From: Cupriavidus necator
GTDB taxonomy: Bacteria > Pseudomonadota > Gammaproteobacteria > Burkholderiales > Burkholderiaceae
Assembly (NCBI RefSeq): GCF_016127575.1
Contig: NZ_CP066018.1
Location: 330,001-362,000, forward strand
DNA length: 32,000 nucleotides
Reading direction: 5' to 3'
Both the position numbers and the translations under genes were made by a program. Below the pieces are notes generated by a model. It saw only the letters and a list, made by a program, of their open reading frames with translations. It ran no database searches and was not told where the DNA came from. Of the stretch, positions 26,343 through 32,000 are shown piece after piece. How positions within the stretch are numbered: position 1 is the first letter of the stretch; each line of letters begins with the position of its first letter.

Positions 26343-28430
26343 TCACTTGGTGCCGATCACGCCCGTGACCGTCAGCGTCAGCAGCACCAGCATGCCGACG
26401 ATCATCGCGAACGCGTAGTGGTAGATATAGCCCGACTGCAGGTAGCGGCTTGCCGAAGCAAACGAAGCCACCAGGCGCGCCGCGCCGTTGACGAACAGGC
26501 CGTCGATCAGGCTCTGGTCGCCGCCCTTCCACAGGCCGGTACCGAGCAGGCGTGCGCCGCGGGCGAACACGGCCTGGTTGATGGCGTCCATGTAGTACTT
26601 GTTGTCCAGCAGCTTGTAGAGACCCGAGAAGCGGTTCGCGATGGCTTCAGGGATATCCGGGCGCTTCATATAGAAGAACCAGGACAGCACCACACCGGCG
26701 ACGGCCAGCCACAGCACGGGCGTGGTCAGCGAGTGGATCGCCATTGCCACCCAGCCGTGGAACGCTTCCTTGAGCTCGGCCATGGCGTGGTGGTTCTCGC
26801 CGACGAAGATCACATCCTTGAACGCGATGCCGTTCTTGAAGAAGTTGCCGAACAGCATCGGCTCGATCGCGATCGCACCGACGATCACCGACGGGATCGC
26901 CAGCAGCACCAGCGGCAGCGTCACCACCCACGGCGACTCGTGCGGCTTCTCGCCGGCGGCCAGGCCATGGTGGTGGTCGTGCGAGACCTCTTCGTCCTCA
27001 TGGTCGCCTTCATGATGCTGGTGGGCATGGTTCTGGCCCCAGCGCTCCTTGCCATGGAAGACCAGGAAGTACATGCGGAACGAGTAGAACGCGGTGACGA
27101 ACACGCCCGCCAGCACGGCGAAGTAGGCAAAGCCCGAACCGGCGATATGCGACTCGGCCACGGCCTCGATGATCGAGTCCTTGGAGTAGAAGCCCGCGAA
27201 GAACGGCGTGCCAATCAGCGCCAGCGAACCCACCAGCGAGGTGATCCAGGTGAGCGGCATGTACTTGCGCAGGCCGCCCATGTTGCGGATGTCCTGGTCG
27301 TGGTGCATGCCGATGATGACCGAGCCCGCGCCCAGGAACAGCAGTGCCTTGAAGAACGCGTGCGTCATCAGGTGGAACACGGCCACCGAGTATGCCGAAG
27401 CGCCCAGCGCCACGGTCATGTAGCCCAGCTGCGACAGGGTCGAGTAAGCGACCACGCGCTTGATGTCATTCTGGATGATGCCCAGGAAGCCCATGAACAG
27501 CGCCGTGATGGCACCGATCACCAGCACGAAGGACAGCGCCGTATCCGACAGCTCGAACAGCGGCGACATGCGTGCCACCATGAAGATGCCGGCGGTCACC
27601 ATCGTTGCCGCGTGGATCAGCGCCGAGATCGGGGTCGGGCCTTCCATCGAGTCAGGCAGCCAGACGTGCAGCGGGAACTGCGCCGACTTGCCCATCGCGC
27701 CGATGAACAGGCAGATGCAGGCCACGGTGATCATGAGCCAGTCGGTGCCCGGGAAGATCACGGTCGCCAGCTGGTCGCGCGCGGCGAATACTTCGGTGTA
27801 GTTCATGCTGCCGGCATAGGCCAGCAGCAGGCCGATGCCCAGGATAAAGCCGAAGTCGCCGACGCGGTTGACCAGGAACGCCTTCAGGTTGGCGAAGATC
27901 GCCGTCGGGCGGGTGTACCAGAAGCCGATCAGCAGGTACGACACCAGGCCCACCGCTTCCCAGCCGAAGAACAGCTGCAGGAAGTTGTTGCTCATCACCA
28001 GCATCAGCATCGAGAAGGTGAACAGCGAGATGTAGGCGAAGAAGCGGTTGTAGCCGGGGTCCCCGTCCATGTAGCCGACGGTGTAGATGTGCACCATCAG
28101 CGAGACAAAGGTAACCACCACCATCATCATCGCGGTCAGCGAGTCGACCAGGAAGCCGACCTCCATCTTCAGGCTGCCGATGGCCATCCACTCATAGACG
28201 GTGCCGTTGTAGCCGGCGCCGTTCATGACGTCGAGCAGCACCATCACCGACAGCACGCAGGCAATGGCCACGCCCAGAATCGTCGAGGTGTGGGCCACCA
28301 TCCGGCCGCCGCGCGACTCCGAGGAAAACAGGTCAAAGAACTTGGTACCGAACAGGCCGGCGATCGCGGAGCCGACTAGCGGCGCCAGCGGGATCGCAAG
28401 CAGCAGGTTGGGGTTGAGCGTGGTTGCCAT
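26343..28430 (-). CDS. nuoL: NADH-quinone oxidoreductase subunit L
   Basis: 695 aa from MATTLNPNLLLAIPLAPLVGS. KSAQFPLHVWLPDSMEGPTP motif. The track ORF to 28550 is over-extended. Confidence 0.94.
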   Translation of the reverse strand: MATTLNPNLLLAIPLAPLVGSAIAGLFGTKFFDLFSSESRGGRMVAHTSTILGVAIACVLSVMVLLDVMNGAGYNGTVYEWMAIGSLKMEVGFLVDSLTAMMMVVVTFVSLMVHIYTVGYMDGDPGYNRFFAYISLFTFSMLMLVMSNNFLQLFFGWEAVGLVSYLLIGFWYTRPTAIFANLKAFLVNRVGDFGFILGIGLLLAYAGSMNYTEVFAARDQLATVIFPGTDWLMITVACICLFIGAMGKSAQFPLHVWLPDSMEGPTPISALIHAATMVTAGIFMVARMSPLFELSDTALSFVLVIGAITALFMGFLGIIQNDIKRVVAYSTLSQLGYMTVALGASAYSVAVFHLMTHAFFKALLFLGAGSVIIGMHHDQDIRNMGGLRKYMPLTWITSLVGSLALIGTPFFAGFYSKDSIIEAVAESHIAGSGFAYFAVLAGVFVTAFYSFRMYFLVFHGKERWGQNHAHQHHEGDHEDEEVSHDHHHGLAAGEKPHESPWVVTLPLVLLAIPSVIVGAIAIEPMLFGNFFKNGIAFKDVIFVGENHHAMAELKEAFHGWVAMAIHSLTTPVLWLAVAGVVLSWFFYMKRPDIPEAIANRFSGLYKLLDNKYYMDAINQAVFARGARLLGTGLWKGGDQSLIDGLFVNGAARLVASFASASRYLQSGYIYHYAFAMIVGMLVLLTLTVTGVIGTK

Positions 28431-28488
28431 AGGACGCTTAGTGGTGTGCGGTCGGTGAGTCTTGGGTATCTGCGTAGTGCGCCACGGA

Positions 28489-28794
28489 TCAGCCCTTGAG
28501 GGTGTCCATGTCGTCCACGTTGATCGTATCCAGGTTGCGGAACAGCACAACCAGGATGGCGAGACCGATTGCCGACTCGGCGGCGGCCACCGTGAGGATG
28601 AAGAAAACGAAAACCTGACCAGCCAGGTCGCCCAGGTAATGCGAGAAGGCGACGAAGTTGATGTTCACCGCAAGCAGCATCAGTTCGATCGCCATCAGCA
28701 GCACGATCACGTTCTTGCGGTTCAGGAAGATGCCGACGATGCTGATCGCAAACAGGATCGCACCGAGCACGAGGAAATGAGCGAGAGAGAGCAC
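28489..28794 (-). CDS. nuoK: NADH-quinone oxidoreductase subunit K
   Basis: 101 aa with a GTG start (28794-28792) and GGAG SD. Aligns by eye with E. coli NuoK ([13 protein letters not shown]). Confidence 0.94.
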   Translation of the reverse strand: MLSLAHFLVLGAILFAISIVGIFLNRKNVIVLLMAIELMLLAVNINFVAFSHYLGDLAGQVFVFFILTVAAAESAIGLAILVVLFRNLDTINVDDMDTLKG

Positions 28795-28811
28795 AGCGAT
28801 TTCTCCGGGCT

Positions 28812-29456
28812 TTAGTTCTTATTGGCGGCAGCCGCGGCTTCCGTCTGCTGGGTCTGGCCTTCGGACTGCATCGGCACCAGGCGCACGCGCTCGTCGCGGC
28901 GGGTGCGCAGCTGCGCCGACACGTCCTGGGCCTTGACGTCCTTGCGGCGGCGCAGGGTCAGCGCCACGGCGGCGATGATCGCCACCAGCAGGATGATGCC
29001 GGCCACTTCGAAGGCGTAGATATAGTCGGTGTAGATCAGCTTGCCGAGCGCGGCGGTGTTCGAGTAGCCCGGGTCCTGCGAACCGTTGGTGGCCACCGGC
29101 GTGGTGGTGCCGATAAAGTTGCGCACCAGCACGATCGCCATCTCGGCGATGATCAGCGCGCCCACCACCGAGGCCATCGGCACGTAGGTCCAGAAGTCCC
29201 GCCGCAGGTGCTCGATGTCGATGTCGATCATCATCACCACGAACAGGAACAGCACCATCACCGCGCCGACATAGACCAGCACCAGCAGGATGGCGAGGAA
29301 TTCCGCCTTGAGCAGCATCCAGATCGCCGCCGCCGTGAAGAACGACAGCACGAGGAACAGTGCGGAATGCACCGGGTTCTTCGCAGTGATGACTTTCAGT
29401 GCGGAGAGCACCAGCACCAGCGCAAAGACGTAGAAGATGGTGGTCGTGAGTTCCAT
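28812..29456 (-). CDS. nuoJ: NADH-quinone oxidoreductase subunit J
   Basis: 214 aa from [36 protein letters not shown], like the NuoJ N-terminus. AGGGA SD. The track ORF to 29561 extends in frame through the spacer. Confidence 0.93.
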   Translation of the reverse strand: MELTTTIFYVFALVLVLSALKVITAKNPVHSALFLVLSFFTAAAIWMLLKAEFLAILLVLVYVGAVMVLFLFVVMMIDIDIEHLRRDFWTYVPMASVVGALIIAEMAIVLVRNFIGTTTPVATNGSQDPGYSNTAALGKLIYTDYIYAFEVAGIILLVAIIAAVALTLRRRKDVKAQDVSAQLRTRRDERVRLVPMQSEGQTQQTEAAAAANKN

Positions 29457-29640
29457 GGTCCCTATCGGATCCTCTCTGGGCCGTCCGGCACAAGCCACCC
29501 CCTCGGGTGGCCCGCTCCTGCGGCATCCTTGCATTGGCCCCTTGCATTGCAGGGACCGCATTCAATTCGGTGGCGGCGGCTGCCAGGTCTGCTGCTTGCG
29601 GCAGCCGCGAACCGGTCGTTACTTCTGTCGCTGCTTCGGC
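29457..29640 (-). other. 184-nt structured intercistronic spacer between nuoI and nuoJ
   Basis: Hairpin GCCACCC-cctc-GGGTGGC (29494-29511). Direct repeat CCTTGCATTG twice (29527-29536, 29540-29549). Hairpin GCGGCTGCC-N15-GGCAGCCGC (29576-29608). Confidence 0.6.
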
Positions 29641-30132
29641 TTAGCGATACTTTGCGTCGGCAGCCTTCGCTGCGGCGATCTGCGGCTCGTAGCGGTCGCC
29701 CACTGCCAGCAGCATGTCCTTGGTGAAGTACAGGTCGCCGCGCTTCTCGCCGTGGTACTCCAGGATCTGCGTTTCCACGATGGCGTCGACCGGGCAGGCC
29801 TCTTCGCAGAAACCGCAGAAGATGCACTTGGTCAGGTCGATGTCATAGCGGGTCGTGCGGCGCGTGCCGTCGGCGCGCGCGTCGGACTCGATCGTGATGG
29901 CCAGCGCCGGGCACACCGCCTCGCACAGCTTGCAGGCGATGCAGCGCTCTTCCCCGTTGGGGTAGCGGCGCAGCGCGTGCAGACCGCGGAAGCGCGGCGA
30001 GATCGGCGTTTTCTCTTCCGGGAACTGGACGGTGATCTTGCGCGCGAAGAGATAGCGGCCGGTCAGGGCCATGCCCTTGAAGAGTTCCTTCAGGAGCAGG
30101 CTGTTGAAGAAGTCCTTGATGGCGAGCAGCAT
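29641..30132 (-). CDS. nuoI: NADH-quinone oxidoreductase subunit I (2x[4Fe-4S] ferredoxin-type)
   Basis: 163 aa from [39 protein letters not shown] and [12 protein letters not shown] clusters. AGGAAG SD. The track GTG start at 30153 adds 7 aa. Confidence 0.95.
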   Translation of the reverse strand: MLLAIKDFFNSLLLKELFKGMALTGRYLFARKITVQFPEEKTPISPRFRGLHALRRYPNGEERCIACKLCEAVCPALAITIESDARADGTRRTTRYDIDLTKCIFCGFCEEACPVDAIVETQILEYHGEKRGDLYFTKDMLLAVGDRYEPQIAAAKAADAKYR

Positions 30133-30190
30133 GATGCTTCCTAGTATTTCCACACGGCGCGCGCCCCGGCGCGCACCGTCGTTTGGCCGT

Positions 30191-31255
30191 TCAGTGCCAG
30201 ATGTTCCAGGGCGACTTGATCCAGATCGCCACGATGATCAGCCACGCCACCGTCAGGGGGATGAACACCTTCCAGCCCAGGCGCATGATCTGGTCATAGC
30301 GGTAGCGCGGGAACGAGGCACGGATCCAGATGAAGACGGACAGCAGCAGGAATACCTTGATCACCAGCCAGAAGAAGCCCGGGATCGCGTTGGTCAGCAC
30401 GCTGTCGATCGGGGGCGCCCAGCCGCCCAGGAACATCAGCGCGGTCATCGTCGAGATGATGATCATGTTGATGTACTCGGCCAGGAAGAACAGCGCGAAG
30501 CCCATGCCCGAATACTCGATCATGTGGCCGGCCACGATTTCCGACTCGCCTTCCACCACGTCGAACGGGTGGCGGTTGGTTTCGGCCACGCCCGAGATGA
30601 AGTAGACGCCGAACATCGGCAGCAGCGGCAGCCAGTTCCACGACAGGATGTTGATGCCCATGTCGGCAAAGTAGCCGGTGTTCTGGCCGTTGACGATGGC
30701 CGACAGGTTCAGGCTGCCGGCAACCATCAGCACCGTCACCAGCGCAAAGCCCATCGCGATTTCATACGACACCATCTGGGCCGCGGCACGCATGGCGCCG
30801 ATGAAGGCGTACTTGGAGTTCGAGGCCCAGCCTGCCAGGATCACGCCGTACACGCCCACCGAGCTGATCGCCATCACGTACAGCAGGCCGGCGTTCACAT
30901 CCGCCAGCACCACTTCAGCCTGGAACGGAATCACGGCCCAGACCGCCACGGCGGGCATCAGCACCATCAGCGGGGCAATCAGGTACATGCCCCGGCTGAC
31001 CTGCGTGGGCATCATGACTTCCTTGAGCAGCAGCTTCAGCACGTCGGCAATCGGCTGCAGCAGGCCCAGCGGACCCACGCGGTTCGGGCCGATACGGACG
31101 TGCATCCAGCCGATCAGCTTGCGCTCCCACAGGATCAGGTAAGCCACGCACAGCAGCAGCGGCACCACGATGATCACGGCGCGAATCAGGATCCACAGCG
31201 GCGTCCAGTAGGCACCCAGCAGGCCCTGTCCTTGCGAGGTAATCCAGTCAATCAT
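30191..31255 (-). CDS. nuoH: NADH-quinone oxidoreductase subunit H
   Basis: 354 aa. ND1-like ([30 protein letters not shown]). Confidence 0.96.
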   Translation of the reverse strand: MIDWITSQGQGLLGAYWTPLWILIRAVIIVVPLLLCVAYLILWERKLIGWMHVRIGPNRVGPLGLLQPIADVLKLLLKEVMMPTQVSRGMYLIAPLMVLMPAVAVWAVIPFQAEVVLADVNAGLLYVMAISSVGVYGVILAGWASNSKYAFIGAMRAAAQMVSYEIAMGFALVTVLMVAGSLNLSAIVNGQNTGYFADMGINILSWNWLPLLPMFGVYFISGVAETNRHPFDVVEGESEIVAGHMIEYSGMGFALFFLAEYINMIIISTMTALMFLGGWAPPIDSVLTNAIPGFFWLVIKVFLLLSVFIWIRASFPRYRYDQIMRLGWKVFIPLTVAWLIIVAIWIKSPWNIWH

Positions 31256-31276
31256 GTCTTGTTCTCGCTCTTGTTC

Positions 31277-32000
31277 TTACGCCGTGGCCACGGTGCCGGT
31301 GGCCGGCGCCAGGTCAATGGCCTTCTCTACGGTGACCGTGCCGTACATCGCGCCCAGGCTCATGGCCGCCGGCGTCGCCGCCGGCACGCGCACGGTGTTG
31401 GCCGGGAGCGTGGCTTCGAGCACGGCCGGCAGCACCACGCTGCCCTGCCCTTGCGTGACCCGCACCGGATCGCCGGACTGGATGCCAAGGCTGGCGAACA
31501 GGTCGGCCGGCAGCGCGATCTGCATGGCGCGGCGCGCGGCAGCGCTCAGCTGCAGCGACTCGGCGCGGCGCACGATCGGATCGGCGTGGTAGATCGGCAC
31601 ATCGGCAATGCGTTCGATGCCGTTGGCGGCAGCGGCGGCCACGCGGATCGGCGCGTCGGTGGCGTTGTCCAGCTGCGCGTCGACCGGGGCCGACAGCACT
31701 TCGGCACGCACCGATTCGGCGGTTTCGTAGTCGAAGCCGGCCACGTCCAGCAGGTTGCCCAGCACGCGCAGCACCTTCCAGCCCGGACGCGATTCGCCCA
31801 GCGCGCGCACCACGCCGTTGAAGCTCTGCGGCTTGCCTTCGCAGTTGACGAAGGTGCCGGCGGTTTCCGTGAACGGCGTCACCGGCAGGATCACGTCGGC
31901 GTACTGCATGGCCGCTTCCGAACGGAACGGCGACAGCACCACCACCGTGCCGGCCTGGGCCAGCGCGGCCAGCGCCTTGCGCGGGTCGGCGGCGTCGAAC
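31277..32000 (-). CDS. nuoG: NADH-quinone oxidoreductase subunit G, C-terminal part (continues past the right edge)
   Basis: The frame stays open from 31277 to nt 32000 (...DPRKALAALAQAGTVVVLSPFRSEAAMQYADVILPVTPFTETAGTFVNCEG...). Lies immediately upstream of nuoH. Confidence 0.88.
   Translation of the reverse strand, partial: FDAADPRKALAALAQAGTVVVLSPFRSEAAMQYADVILPVTPFTETAGTFVNCEGKPQSFNGVVRALGESRPGWKVLRVLGNLLDVAGFDYETAESVRAEVLSAPVDAQLDNATDAPIRVAAAAANGIERIADVPIYHADPIVRRAESLQLSAAARRAMQIALPADLFASLGIQSGDPVRVTQGQGSVVLPAVLEATLPANTVRVPAATPAAMSLGAMYGTVTVEKAIDLAPATGTVATA

Noticed and set aside
26329-26354. 12-nt near-duplication at the nuoL 3' end: GGCACCAAGTGA (the nuoL end and stop, 26343-26354), then GGCACCAAGTAA (26329-40) two nt further downstream
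   Set aside because: The second copy is out of frame by 2 nt, so it cannot serve as a read-through tail. It is most likely a trivial slippage relic in the 27-nt nuoL-nuoM gap. I see no functional implication.

Overview
All calls below come from reading the sequence and from recalled family motifs. No BLAST, HMM or folding program was run.

This is a visibly GC-rich window, roughly two-thirds G+C by eye (not computed). It looks like core chromosome of a Cupriavidus/Ralstonia-type betaproteobacterium. The gene order matches what I recall for Cupriavidus necator chromosome 1, but I cannot verify that here.

Every gene except one lies on the minus strand. In the direction of transcription (right to left) the window holds:
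- the distal NADH:quinone oxidoreductase operon: nuoG (partial), nuoH, I, J, K, L, M, N
- a small DUF2818 membrane protein, a NUDIX hydrolase and a DUF1178 zinc-ribbon protein
- two adjacent acyl-CoA dehydrogenases
- two adjacent MaoC/hotdog enoyl-CoA hydratases, one of them PhaJ4-like
- cytochrome bo3-type quinol oxidase cyoABCD, followed by a clean intrinsic terminator
- an exact sigma-54 promoter with NtrC-like dyads
- urea ABC transporter urtABCDE, then urease ureD-ureA-ureJ(hupE)-ureB-ureC-ureE-ureF-ureG

At the left end a plus-strand XRE-family regulator converges on ureG; the two stop codons overlap. A divergent hypothetical gene runs off the left edge.

I saw no rRNA, tRNA, CRISPR array, IS/transposase, phage or recognisable defence genes. 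Many long ORFs in the supplied track are antisense or N-terminally over-extended, which is expected at this GC content.

This is an ordinary core-metabolism region, and I did not find a convincing novel multi-gene system. The leads most worth a second look are:
- the ACAD pair, where the 372-aa chain appears to lack a catalytic base, next to a MaoC pair
- the conserved-unknown genes trailing nuoN
- a 28-nt REP-like palindrome present twice inside operons
- a 184-nt structured spacer inside the nuo operon
- a 602-nt non-coding region upstream of cyoA
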